Part shown: piece by piece, positions 36,754 through 50,683 of the stretch
Layout: each line of letters starts with the position of its first letter
Numbering within the stretch: the first letter of the stretch is position 1
Assembly (NCBI RefSeq): GCF_037042905.1
Contig: NC_087251.1
Coordinates: forward strand, 4,776,001-4,840,000
Length of the DNA: 64,000 nucleotides
Reading direction: 5' to 3'
DNA from: Lytechinus pictus
Taxonomy: Eukaryota
Made by a program: the position numbers and the translations under genes
Notes under the pieces: model-generated
Told to the model about the DNA's origin: nothing
Database searches by the model: none
The model's input: only the letters and a program-made list of their open reading frames with translations

Positions 36754-38691
36754 GTTAGTCTATTAGATTTATACATCTAAATCATTTTCCTGTTCAATTT
36801 TTATTTTATCATAATCGACACTCGTTTTAAGTTGAACCACAATGTTATATCTTCAGTGAATATACTAGCTGTCGTCGATCCCGTCGTCATTGATGGCCAT
36901 ATCTCTTTATCATTTTCATGATTAAATTGAAGTCTTTCACACTAACTAATTAGTGTTCAATTTATGTTTCATCGGAACTATTCATTATCCCGCTGACTTC
37001 TGGAACCCTTGGAGAAATCATACATGAATCCAAAGAATTCAGGAGTCAATGAGTTTAAAAGCTTTACTGCATCCAAAAGTTTGACTTCAAAGAAAATAAA
37101 ACTTCAACAAACTCAACATTATACGGTCACTTTATTAACCCAACTAAAACAATTGCTAAACGATGTTTACATGGAGAGATGAATAAAATGTATATATGAT
37201 TTTGAAAATCATTTGAAAGAAAATGGAAACAAAGACTAGTTGACAACAAAACATTTGTAACAAACATCGATTCACTATTAAGGCTGATTACACGCGATCG
37301 AAATATATATAAATAATTTTTGTCTTTCTGTATTGGTTCATGTATATATCCCTCAACAGACAGACAGATACATTAAAATTAATCTATTGAGATTAGTTAA
37401 CGATGAATCTTACAGAGAAAACCTATTGTTTCCTATGATAGTAGGTAGAATCATTAAGACCACAAACGTCATCCATTCTTCAAGAAACCAAAAAGTATAT
37501 ATAAAAAAATTACCTGTGGCTTTTTGGTCATAAGTAAACTCACTCGTATCCACATGAGAAACACTGAATATCTTTCATAGTGAGATGTAACAATACTGTG
37601 ACTCATTTAGTTTTATTCTTAAATCGAAGAAACGGTCAATGAAATTATTCCTAGAAAGTTTCTTTTCTGATACATATTCAATAGAACGGCTGTAGATTAA
37701 AGTTTCATTATCTATATAAAGTGACATAATCACCCAAGTAAAAAGTAAAAGTTTTAAACTGTTTTTTTTTTTCTGGGAGAGGTTTCATCATGGATGCTAT
37801 AGTATTGCCTATCCAGGGAAAAAAGTACTTTGTTATGTCTTCGAATGTAAAACGGATTAAACTTATAAAAAAACACGCTATCATCTTTTGATTGTAAAAC
37901 ACGGAGAACGATTTATATTTGAACTAAATTTTATTTTAGTCGTTCATTATAGTTCCATTGTTTGCCAGCAAATATGGTAATCAATCCAATCGAAAACAAA
38001 ATAGTAAAAATAAACTTTTTCTGGGATTTGCTGCTCCCTTCTCTTTTATCGTACATTGGAAACAGTTACAAATAACATAAAGCTTAAATATGACTGAGAA
38101 AGTGACGAAGACTGAGTAAATACCCGAGTGATATCGGTCAGTACTTCATTTTTATCTTAATGTAGACCAAGACTTATGAAAAGCTTGACAAAACTCGTAC
38201 AAAAATTGTCTGAAATTGTTTGTTTATCAGTTTTTCTTCACGTTTTTTGACAGCCAATAAACCCATTTCTTGAAACTGTCATGTAGAAGAGGAAGTAAAG
38301 TGACATGAAGCTCATCAAAAACCCTTGTCTTGGTATTAACCCAGATTTATTGCCAGACATGGTGTGTCCGGAAATAGATTATGAACATTGCATGGTTTTT
38401 ATCAACTTGATTACCAAAACGCCTCAATATTTCAGAATGCCAGGGAAAATATTTGCTTATACAGTCATGTAGCATTCTTCGTCCAATTTCACTGAAATGT
38501 ATAACTTTATAGTTTTATGATTTGAATTTTCTTTTACTAAGTATTTTTAAATAAAAAATTGAATTGAACAAAAAATGATAATTGAATTCAACTGTATCTA
38601 TGATGTAATATGATGTTGCCTAGCGCACGGAAGAACAGTAACCATGGCAATCATGGTAATGTGTTAATAAAATGAAGTAGGATATCCGCCA

Positions 38692-38723
38692 CTATATATA
38701 TATATATATATACATACACACAC

Positions 38724-38756
<33 letters not shown>
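38692..38756. repeat. (TA)n/(CA)n microsatellite
   Basis: Seen directly. Confidence 0.95.
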
Positions 38757-38804
38757 ATTGTGATGAGCAAGGACCTAAACATTGCGTGGGTGCTTCAGTG
38801 AGTA

Positions 38805-39069
38805 ATATATTGGCGAAGAAGCTCAAAAAGCATTGAAGCTAGAGACGTAGCCTGTATTTCTTCAACTTGTATTAGTACAAGCTTTCGGCGATTTAGTTAG
38901 GCCTTCTAACCCACACACAAACCCACACATCACCCACCTGGTTAAGCACTTACAGTAAAACTTGAAGATACCTGAAGAAGGCCTAACTAAATGGCCGAAA
39001 GCTTGTACTAATAAAAGTTGAAGAAATACAGGCTACGTCTCTAGCTTCAATGCTTTTTGAGCTTCTTCG

Positions 39070-39078
<9 letters not shown>
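38805..39078 (+). mobile_element. Penelope-like element terminal remnant in inverted configuration, abutting (TA)n
   Basis: 103-bp arms 38805-38907 / 38976-39078; CTGAAGAAGGCC...GGCCGAAAGCTT...AATAAA. Confidence 0.72.
38966..39008 (+). ncRNA. Minimal type I hammerhead-ribozyme-like motif
   Basis: CUGAAGA (38972-38978), stem II GGCC/GGCC around UAACUAAAU, GAAA (38997-39000), palindromic AAGCUU. Stem I is weak (about 3 bp). Confidence 0.55.
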
Positions 39079-39129
<51 letters not shown>

Positions 39130-39165
39130 CATTTATATATATATATATATATTCATATATATACA
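39073..39165. repeat. (TA)n microsatellite
   Basis: Seen directly. Confidence 0.95.
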
Positions 39166-40316
39166 TAGATATAAACGCCTATAAAACAAACAGTATTAAA
39201 ATCTATCAAGAAAAATCAATTAGAAAGATTTGTACATAATTTGAGGAATGAAAATAATCAATGATTATCTTTTTTTTTTCTACACCGGTTATAATTAGAT
39301 ATTTTATGATGATAAATGTCAATCTTTTTTGTAATTTCATTTAGTAAATTTGATATAAGAGAACGATATCACAGGTGTTTTTTTATTTATTTATTTCTCA
39401 TAGAAGATGTTCCTTCACCATTCCATTTGAAATTATTCATCTTATTCTTTTAATCATTACATGTTTTTACTGGAAATGGATAGAAAGGTATACGTGCCTG
39501 ACAGGTGCGTTTATGCAACGGATTTCATGATAAGGTTGTTCTGATATTGATTTTAGAATAGATATGAAAATTACACGTTTCATTACGAGCCACTGCAATG
39601 CAATTTACCCGCTGAAAATTCGAAATCAATATTATCCATTCTGACTCCGGCGGCCCCTTCGGCGCTGTAGAGCACTGCCAATCTTCATTCGAAAAGTTAA
39701 TTCAATTTCTTACTCATTTATTAATCGTTCTCCTTCCCTCTCTCTCATCTATTCTCTATGTCTCTTCCTTTCTACATGTTCTAAGACTGTTAGCCATTTG
39801 AAATCATTTTCTCCTGTACGTTTATTTTCTTACTCGAACCATTTGAATCAACATAAGATTAGTTCAGACGTCAAAAGGCCACCATGTTATCTACTGCCTG
39901 GCCCTCATTAGCTTGCGTCGCTTAATTATCCAATAACGATAACACCTCGTCACAGCGGTGATCGGACGAGCACATTCGTCTAATTAAAACACAGCAATGT
40001 TTATTAACTTCTTTCCTACTGCCCCTTTTATTATTCATCACATATATCTCGTGATTAACACACAGTGATCAAGAAGTAATGTTATCGTTCCAATTACTAG
40101 TCGAGATATCGTGCTGTTTGGCAATGTCCACTTTTATTTCCTGTCAGAGTTGCGATTGATTAATCAGTTGTTCACCTCTGAACTATGGATATTCAGTTTG
40201 ATTACTCCATTGAATTTGGTCTGGTTTAGAAAAATGATGACGCTCAACTGAGCCCAACATGGATATCTTCAATAAAACTACTACTACTAGTAGTAAATGA
40301 TTATAATAAACAGCCT

Positions 40317-40351
<35 letters not shown>

Positions 40352-40442
40352 TAATTATAATAATAATGATAATAATAATAAAAAATAATGATGATGATGA
40401 TAATGAGGAGGAGGAGGATGATAAAGATAATAATAATAACAA
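40317..40442. repeat. (AAT)n/(GAT)n/(GAG)n microsatellite
   Basis: Seen directly; explains the poly-Ile and poly-Tyr ORFs. Confidence 0.95.
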
Positions 40443-41439
40443 TTCCCGCCAATTTTTTTTGTACGCTTGCCGCTCCGGTTTTAAACCTTTAATCTTTAAT
40501 AGATTTAATTGAACAAAGTGAATCATTTTATCATTAATTCACTAATTTGATTGCAAACGTGATAGAATATTCATCAAGATCAATGAAGAGATTCTAATTT
40601 TGAAATTGCGCCATCTTGCGGTACCTAAGTCAATTTCAAACTTTTTTAAGTGACAGGAATGAGTTTACCTATAGATTTTCGAAAATCTGATAATGATCCT
40701 TCGAGTTTTAACGCATTGATTCTTCCCATCACATATTCAAAGTTCTCATTGACAAGCAAATGCGAGGTTGATGACATTTTCTTGCCTTTAGCATTGATTT
40801 CCGATAATCGTTGTGAAATTGTTTCATTTAAAGCATTCATCATATTTCCACTCTGCTAGCGCCGCAGTTTAAACAGATGCAAACGAAACCTTTATGTACA
40901 ATGACTTTAATGAAAACTATTCATGGAAAATAAAACATGTAAGGCTACTGAAATACCCTCACCTAAAACTATTGCAATGTACAATTCTCACAAACGAAAT
41001 ATCGAGTGACGCAACAAGATGTTTTGTTCACATTTTTCTTTCATTGGGATGACGAAAATGTATCGGTTAAGTGCCTTTATCGACAGATAAAGAGAAAGTA
41101 GAGATAAGTGACTTCAAAAAATGGATTTATCAACCCAGTGTTTCTTATTGATCGACAAATGAACAGGGAAATCATTGTTGCTCTTTTCCCCTAATTCCAC
41201 GTATTTTATGAAAATATATACCGATTTTTTTTTCTATTATAACACTCATTTCGACATCGCAAGATCACAACATGAAATATATTATAACTTTTTGTTTGTT
41301 TTACAAAAAATAGGAATTTCTTATTTCGTGTGTTATTCGAATTTCCTCATTCGAGTGTTTGCAAAGGGGTCTAAATAAAAAGGAAAATGCTTTGAACGAA
41401 TAATCATACTTTTGTTACCTTGTTGTTTTCATTATCCAG

Positions 41440-41910
41440 GTCAAGATTTGGTTTCAAAATCGGCGAGCACGTGAGCGACGTGATAAAGAAGGTATCGATC
41501 AAAAACTACCGTCATCATCGACATCAAATCTCCTACCTCCATCTCCCGCTTCACTCTCTCATTCTCCTCACACACCCATCAGTCCCCTTTCGTCATCGTC
41601 GCCATCCTCGTCTTCATCCACCTCATCAATGATCGCGATATCGCCATTTGCTTCTCCACCTTCGACGTCAATGACTACGGGGATGATGCCTCGTTTATCG
41701 TCACCGCGATCATCAATCGATGCTGCATCTCCATCAAATTTCTCTCATGTTTCGTCATCGCCCATGTCATCGACGTCGCATCATAGCGGGATGATGACGG
41801 AGAATTCTCAGATTTCGTTGTGTCAACCACCGCTCCATCACCTCTCTGTTTCCTCGGCTGATCAAGGCACGGCATCTGCGTTCACTCCTGTATCTCCCTA
41901 CTTGAAATAG
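41440..41910 (+). CDS. Msxlx: Msxlx exon 3: recognition helix and Ser/Pro-rich C-terminus
   Basis: tccag|GTC acceptor; VKIWFQNRRARERR; in frame with ORF 41629-41910 ending SAFTPVSPYLK-TAG. Spliced CDS is 1248 nt = 415 aa. Confidence 0.92.
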   Translation, partial: VKIWFQNRRARERRDKEGIDQKLPSSSTSNLLPPSPASLSHSPHTPISPLSSSSPSSSSSTSSMIAISPFASPPSTSMTTGMMPRLSSPRSSIDAASPSNFSHVSSSPMSSTSHHSGMMTENSQISLCQPPLHHLSVSSADQGTASAFTPVSPYLK

Positions 41911-42759
41911 CAAAATGATTTTTCATCTTACTTAACTTCGATTCTTGCCCTTTTATCACCTCTTTAAATAAACTTAAGATATATTTATTTGCATGGACAT
42001 GAATATTAAGAGTTTAAAAGAAAAAGCATAAAAATTATTAATTCAAACTGTTTTAAGGAGTTTTCCGGGGATGGAAATGTTAAAATTGCGTTAATTTAGT
42101 CGAGTATTATTTTGGAGCTGGTAGTGAAAGCGGATGCAGTTTCGTTTTATTTTATTTTTTTTATATTTCAGCTGAGATAAGGTTTTTGACAATGAATTAT
42201 GAGCTACATATAGCTTATGCTTATAATAATCACCATTTTAAACGGAATGATGTTGTTCTCTGGAGAATTCATGTGAAAGAAATAAACGAACTCAAAATCC
42301 ACTGTAACCCATTTCTATTTTCATGCCAAATGAATATCATTTTCATATGGATGTAGGATGAATATTGGTACTTTAATTTACACTTTATGATTAATTTTAT
42401 GCCAGTCAGGGAAAAATAATCAATAATACTCTTGGCTCTTCACCAGGCTTGCCATGTATTATATAATTATATATTTTTGCCTTTTCCAATCTAAAATACT
42501 GAGCACATCTAAGACCAAATTAGGTCCATGGCAGGACTCTCTGTTCTGACTTTATGAACATGCATGCCAGCATGGTCCTGGGATTGGGGTGCTGCTTGTA
42601 TTACTCTCAGCACCCCTGGCCTGGATTTCTGAAAGGTGTGGAAAATGGAGAAGTGTAACCAAAAAGACCTTCATTTTGTAGTGGATTTTTTTTTTGGGGG
42701 GGGGGGGCTTTTCAAATTAACTTCAGCACCCCCAGTAAAAAAAATCGTTCCCAGGGTAT

Positions 42760-42843
42760 TGTGCCTGCCAGGGATTGAGCCTAAGACCGTCCGTCCATGA
42801 GCATGGGGAGGCGGGTGCTCAATCAATTGAGCCAACATGGCGG
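42760..42843 (-). mobile_element. Degenerate tRNA-like SINE head, adjacent to a MITE (~42571-42759)
   Basis: Minus strand TGGCTCAATTGA (box A-like) ... GGCTCAATCCC (box B-like). Confidence 0.45.
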
Positions 42844-45800
42844 TGGAAAAAAAATCTCTGGAGGTTGTTAGAATATGACAGAACAATCTAATTTGAATTC
42901 AGCATCACGAAGAGCAATAACTTGGAAGTTTGTGAGCGACAGTCAAAATTAGGAGAAATTAAAATTATGAAGGGTGCTTTGAACTCAATTTGTGGCCGTT
43001 TATGAATGTGCGTTTTCAAAGTTTATTTGTTTACTGATACCGTGTGAACTATATTTTGCGTGTTGTCTCTTTATTATTCACACTCACTGTGTAAATAAAA
43101 CAATGTAAATAGGAAATGTATTATAAACAAAATACAATATATTATGTAATAATTTCGTTGCGTTCTGTGTTAATTTAAGAAAATGTGACAGTGACATTAA
43201 AGATAGGTAAAATACAATTTTCCAAGGGGACGTGCAAATAGTCGCAAACAGTCCCATTTTCTCCCCATAAGTCTGGTGGTTGAAAAATCACAACCCTTGT
43301 TTGGTTTTTAAATCAGCAATTAAGTTAGCAATATTTGAAGAAAGTTGTCTCTTAAAAATAAATAAGATAACAGAGTTAGCTGCAGGGCAACTATCACGGT
43401 ATGTAAATATTTGACTATTTTCTAATCGTATTTGATTACAACACAGTCATGTCTGACTAAAATATCCTGGCTACATTATCTCATTTGACTAGTCATTCAG
43501 ACCATTTATTTATTTAGTTAGTTTTTAAAGATGCGTTTACCAAGACCACTCACATTATATCACGTTTTGTCGTCACGATTCCGCCCAAATAATTCTTAAA
43601 AATATGCTTATTATATACAATTGTGGAAATGCTTAACCTTTTTTAGAGTAAAAATTGAATCCTTAAGTTCTTATCTTCTTGCTGATTAATTTTCCAGAAA
43701 ATATATCCATTTTCATATGCGTATTGTTATTCTGTAAAACGACACCTTTTTAAAATCATACCTGCGATCTCCTTAACTTTCATAACTTCAATCATTCCGC
43801 TGTCCTAAAAACATTTAAAAAATTTGCTTCTCCGTTCTCAGTATACGTCGATATAATTATTTTATTTTTTAACATCTCCAACATGACCTTTTATCATTCG
43901 CTTAGATGGATTAACTCTTAAATTTTATACCGAAAATTTCAACATTTCTCTTCTATTCAGACTAGTGATGGAATTTACTTCAATTTATTTTTTCTTAAAG
44001 AATGCAGTGGCAAAATGCCTATCGATATTTCTTTTCGTACATGTATTCCTCATTATGTAAGCTATATTACAATATTCTGCATATGTGTTGTGCACAATAA
44101 AGCAGTGAAAATAAAAGTTTGACTTGTCCAAAAGAAAAATGATTATACGTTTTTGTTTGATGTCATATGTATTGGATCGAAGGTGCACATCTAAGTTGCA
44201 TGCTATTAAAAAAATAAAATAAAATTCATTATTCGTCTATGTTGTGTGTTCTACATTGTGACGGACAAGATACAACTTTTTCGTTTTTTAATAACTGAAA
44301 CTTAATTCAAACGCTCGTCATAATTGTTTTTATTCTTGAGTGGAATAAGCTATTCTGTGGCGTAGTTGTTATTCGATTTAATTTCTATGTGCTATAACTA
44401 ATGTAAACAGGTTGTTTTTAAAATCAATGAAATCGAAGTATAATTGCTATGTAGGATAACGATTTATTATGAGTTGGAATGTATGTTGATATGTACATTG
44501 TATGTCTGCACCTGTTTTTTAGATCATTGTTGGGTATGCATGTGTATGCGTGGATGCGAAGGTGCGTGTGTGTGTGTGAGAGAGAGAAGAGAAAGTGTGG
44601 GAGGGTGAGATGATGGAACGTAGAGGGCGTAAGGACAGAAAAGGTAGTGGATATGGATCATTTTCTGTAAAAAATCTGTAATAAAGGTTCCATGACATTT
44701 GCTCCTGCGACATTTTGCTCCTACTTTAGATGCTCACATAAAACACCTAAATGCAAATCAAAACCAAAACCACTATCATGACCCCTAGCCTCATCCTATA
44801 TCTTAAGAAATTAGCAGGAGTAGGTCGCGTTAGCGAATAAAGGCATAAGCTTTTTGAACTCTCATCTCCACAAAATGGAATACAAATCAAAATACAAAAA
44901 AAGTGAACAATCAATGAATTAAAGAAATTACTGCATTCACAAAACAATTAGATTGCCGGTTCCTGCTTTACTTCAATCCACTCATTTATGTTTGTATCAT
45001 GATCTACTGAGTGCCCTCTCGAATAGGCAATCACACCGATTCGAATTGGACTATAATAATTTTGAAAATATCTGTAAGAATGAATGAATCGACTGGCTAA
45101 AAATAATTTCCACTAAGAAATGATTGTTGATATTGTTGAATTAAAAAAAAGTATTTGTCAAAGTATAATAAAAATCCGTTTATCCGTTAATTATCTTCTC
45201 AGCAGCCATGCATTAATCCAGGGAGTTCTCAGTTTGTATCATTTTTTTTGCCTTTTGGTCCAGTATTTTCTAGTCATTCATGAATGTTTCACTATTTTGC
45301 AAAAGAAAACTGAAATGAATAAAGGGTATAAAGTTGTAAATAAAAAGGACAGTAAGGAACTTAGCACATTTTGAAGTGTAAAAAGCCCGCAATAGCCTAA
45401 TAAGAGAATGATGGAAAGGAGAGAACGGGGAGAAAGAGGTGGGGTGGGTGTGTGTGTGTGTGAGGGGGTGTGTGAGAGAGAGAAAGAGAGAGAGATAAGT
45501 AGAGAAACAGGAGGCGGGGATGAGGAGGAGGGCATATAATAACAGAGACCTTTTCATATCAAATCACAATCTGGCAGATCTTGCAATCTTTCCAAATTGA
45601 AATCATTGATGCTGAGTAAATATATACCCAACTTGAATATAGCACAAAACAGAATTTACCGAAAGCTGCAACCTGTAATATGAACAATAAAATAACATGT
45701 TCACAATATATTCTTATTTATTATCTTTTACAGTTTCAAATGCATTTACAAGTACGTACAAAAACGTAAAAAGTACCATACGATCATGATGATTGTGATT

Positions 45801-48800
45801 TTTTGCATGGTCAGCCCCCCCCCCCCCCCCCCCCGACTTAAAAACCGTTTCGCACCCCCTGTCGGTAACGACTTTTGCCACTGATCTTTTTATTTTCTTT
45901 TCTTAATCTTTAGTACTCCAACAACAATAAAATAACAAGCATGCACAGATACAAATATCCAAGGTTTAACTCCGAAAACATCCGCAAGATACACCACCGA
46001 AAACACATGTCTCTTTTTATCATTGTGTCAAAATTGATTTAAATTTCTTATCTTATAACGTAACTCCCCTTAGTGTAGTTAACGAAAGAGCGAGCAATGT
46101 GGTGTAGGGCAAACTTTAACATTTTTATTAACAAATCCACTGATATTGAAATCTAAAGACATTTCATATTCTAAAACAAAACAGGAATACCAAGTGTGTC
46201 ATTTGCAACTTTGTTCATGCTGTTATTAACATGCACACCCGCTAACTCCCTGGGCTTACTTCGGATTTTGCCCATATTTAAATGTTTTTTGATGATTCTG
46301 CTTTTTTCTTTCTAAACCGATTATTACAACTAACTTGATGTTGAATTGAAGTTGTCAATTTTAAGGTGTGGTATTGGAACAGACCGTTTGATCAATTAAG
46401 GAGTTTCTCTGCCTCTCTCTCTCTATGATCATACTTGTACTTGGTTTGTTACGTCACTCATAGCTAATCTGTCACTGTCTGTTTTTCACAAACTCTTTTC
46501 ACTTCGTAACGCGTCTCATCCCCGAGCTGGCTGCCAAATGAACAAATGTTATCCCCCAATTTAGAAGGAAGGCTAATTAAAGCTATCATGATGGACGTGG
46601 CCAGGAGAATGAGTATAGCGTGGCTGGTCAATTCAACGATAATACAAACCTTTTGAAATGGATGAGAGTTGAATAGAACCCCGCAATGGTACTAATCACC
46701 ATCCAACCTACCATTCCTCCGGACTTCATTCAATAGAAGATCTTCACTCTTTTATTCACTTATTAACCAGACTCCGTAATACACTTTACCTACAACAACT
46801 ATAATAGCTTATCGATTATCAGTTGGGAGACGTTTTCTCTATAGTAAGAGGGGAAAAAGCTATTTCTCAAAGAAAAATCATAGGGGGGAAGGGAAAAAGG
46901 AGGAGAGTTTATTGTCTGGGATATAAGCCAGTTCAATTTGGTGAGGATGATTTCGGAGATGTTATTAAAAGGTCTTTCGGAATCTCTTTCTTGATTCTTT
47001 TGTCAGAGTATCATACGATAAGAAAAAGACAGTATCTGGTGTCAATCTTTAGACCACTTAACCTGTCACTATTCACTGGATCCTTCCAAACACTATTTAG
47101 TGTGGGAGGTCTCTGACGAAGAGGTTTTATATCTAGAAAAAGAACCACAAAACGAAAAGAAAATCGGTCATTGTAACTAGTATCCAACCTCCTTGTCAAG
47201 TGATAATTAAAGAATCATTAGAGGATGGCTTGCATATCAACATACAAAGTATACCAAAGAGAAAAACATGACAAGCGATGGGCGATTGTTGAATTAATGA
47301 CCATTATCAGATATGTGGTCTAGAGGCGTGAAACAGACTGCCTAAGTTGGACCAATCATTAAAGTGAACCAATGAAAGCGATACAAAGTAAATAACATTT
47401 TGATGACTTCACTTCGATTGGACACATTACATTGAAGTTACCTTCGACGCTTCTTGCTTTTTGACTGAGCTATGCTTTGTATCCGTGTCAAGTAAGAATA
47501 TCTTTTTTTTTCAAAGGCAGTTTGATTAACCAAAAATTACCTATTGCAATCATCGGCTTAATTGTGGTTACATTGGTAATTGTAGTCTCTGCATCTGTTG
47601 ATAGGAAACGGATGAGCCAGGTTTTAACGCCATTATAAACCACCTGTATATCAGAAGGTATCAGATGGTATGGATGGGGGATCGCCCCCCCCCCCCACAA
47701 ACGACAGTCACAACAGTGCAACCGATTCAAGATCGATCAAATTTAGTACGTTATTACCAATGACACACCATCGGTCAGGTTTAGGGTAGATTTCGTTGGT
47801 ATGACTAATATCATCGTTCACATAGGAAAGGAACTATTCAAAGTGAATCTTTAAAGATATTCAATTTTTGTGACAAAGTCAGGGTGAACAAGATATTAAT
47901 GGAAAATAGACATCGGCGAATAGGAAAAAGAAGAAAAGCAACACAATGGCCTAATATCTCCGTTCACAAAAAAATACCAGAGATTTTGATTTCTTTCCGA
48001 TCATTTTTTTTCGCTAAATGATGAATTTGTATACCCCATTTAATTTATTTTTTATTTGAATCCGATGACTTCTCCGACCCCCTATTATTGGTCCTAGATT
48101 CCAGTCATATCCCCTCTATAAGGAATAGTGAGTGGTATAGGTAGGGGGTATCGCTATCCTCTCAATTACCCAAAGGTGTGAAAATCCTTCGCTCAGCCAC
48201 ATTCATAAACAGTTTTACAGATTGTAAGGCGTGGAACATGGCGCCTTTCCACTCACTCTTATAAGTCTGGCCTTAATTATCCTATAACAATGATACATGA
48301 AAAGGTAACATTATCAGATGGATCAACTTCACTGAAGGCATGTATGTTTAGGAAACGATTATGGGTTGAGTATAGGCGCCAGGGTGTCCCTGTTAATAAC
48401 TTGTAAGAAAAGATGATGATAGTCGAAAATATCGTGGCGTCGAATAGAAAATCGTGTGTCATATATTACTTTAAAACTTTTAATAAATAGAGGACAATAA
48501 ATGCATTAACCAAAGATCGTTAGTAGAGTCTGCTGTGAAACATTATAAAGTTGATTCATCTGGAGAGTATATCGGTGTTCTTATTCCGGTTTATATCTTT
48601 AAAAAAATCTGCATAATAGACACTTGTATAATTATGATTGTGTGTTTGTTTTGGGCTTTTTCTATCTTTCATCTGTTTGCCCCCCCCCAAAAAAAAAAAA
48701 ACTTTCGTTGTTAGAACAAACCTCTAGATCTTCAAAAGTATCTGTCTAATGGTTTTGTGTCTCTCTGAAAAATATACATCAACCAAAGTTCGTTCGTAGT

Positions 48801-50683
48801 ATGATAGATCGATTTCTAAATTCACCCTTGCATTTTCGCTGAATTGATAAATTCATAATTATAAAAACGTAGTAACCTATAATAATAAAAATACATACCT
48901 ATCAATTTTTCCTTGTTTTCCTGTCAATTTCCAATACTGCTTCCTTTTTTCAAGAACTCAAATTATTTTTCTCTCTTCGTATTGCAGTGTAACAATGTCG
49001 ACTTTATAATGTGTTGTATAAAATGTGTTCTTTTGATTGTTTTGTGTATATATGTATTGTGCAGGGCCCTGGTTGACAACAGTGTCTAAACCACTGAACA
49101 GGTTACCCTGGGTAAAGAAGACAAATAAAAAAATACATGGAGATCATTTTCTTTTTCATCAACAACCAAACAAATATTTCAACATTTTACTGTCATGACT
49201 TTATTTTTACATATATGCCTATTTTGCTACAGATGTATTTAAAATTAATGGAATGATAATATGCTGAAATACAATATTCATACGGATTTGGAAAGAAAAA
49301 CAAATACTTAAACATGGTTCTAACTATTTTCTTGTCCAATTTGATTATAGAACAATGGCTGACTGGCATATCTCACACAAAATTATAAATAAGACGAATG
49401 TATTTCACCTAGGGAATCCTTAATTTATTTTGCTATTAGCGTGGAATCCTGCAGTAAAAAGTGTATAATCAGGATGTATGGAATGAAAATATACATTTAA
49501 AAATGTCAGTATAAAGGAGTTTCAATTACTTTTTAGGAATTTTTAAGGAACCCGAATGCGTTTAAAAGATGTGAGTCTCTTTATACTTTTTTGTAATACA
49601 ATGAGAAGAGTTATTCCCCGTGTTTGATAAGAAAATTCTTTCTCATTTTTTCACGAATTTATCCATCGCATCGTTATTTGGTTTTACATCGACCCATTGT
49701 CATCTTGAAAATTCCCAAGTGAGAGGGTTGAAATCATATTTTGGATTATTCTTCGAGTGGTTCTCTTTGCGAAGTTTAGTTTCTCGGAGTGACTTGTGCT
49801 CCGTCAAAAGTGGAGACGATGACAACAAGTTGCAGTAGAGTGAATACCTATCCTAGTCAGAAGATGGCGCTCTTGATCGGCATTGGCATAATCATAGGGG
49901 TCATCCTGTATGATGCACTGACGTACATACCCATCGAATTTGAAATTCTGTGCGAGCATTACACATATAGCTCTCTAGAAAACCTTTTTGCGGTGGAGGG
50001 GGGGGGGGCGCTGTCATCTTATGTATCCATTCAAGCTAATTAGACGCCCATGCATCTTGTTATTGGTCAGACGTCCATGAATCAAGTTTAGCACCGTATA
50101 GCCTGAAACACCAAGTAGGAAAATTCCCCATACAAAATGCTATAAAAATGCAGGGAAATATGAATTATATATATATCCTTGTATTCTGTCTATTCCTGGT
50201 TTCATGCGGTGGGGGTGAAACGAATAGGAATAAAATATATTGGATAAAGAATCAAAGAAAATGATAAGAGAGGGGATAGGAGCCACATGTATAGAATTGC
50301 CGGAGTATGAAATTATGTGAATTCTAATCGTCACCATCCTCATGAACTACAAACAAGTCTGTTTAAACATATTAAATTGGAAATCCACCCCAAGAAGAAG
50401 TATATTCGAATATAAAGAGAAAACACAAACAAGCATAACACTGCAAACACGATCGAAACTGGAAGTAAAAAAAAAAAAAAGTTGACATGTATGTGGTGTG
50501 TGTGTGTTTCTGTTAATGGCTCGTATTCTGAACATTAGTTTGATTTAAACTCTGGTCTAAAGTTGTGGTTTAACTATGGATGACCAATTGTTACACAAAT
50601 ATCTGACAGTACAGGTCAAATTACCACCTCATTTTACTCAAATAATTCACAATTGTCCTAGAATAATGAATAATCTGTATTTA

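Noticed and set aside
40183..40526. Poly-Ile and poly-Tyr ORFs (likewise 39057-39239, 56278-56657, 6398-6580)
   Set aside because: These are translations of microsatellites or homopolymers.
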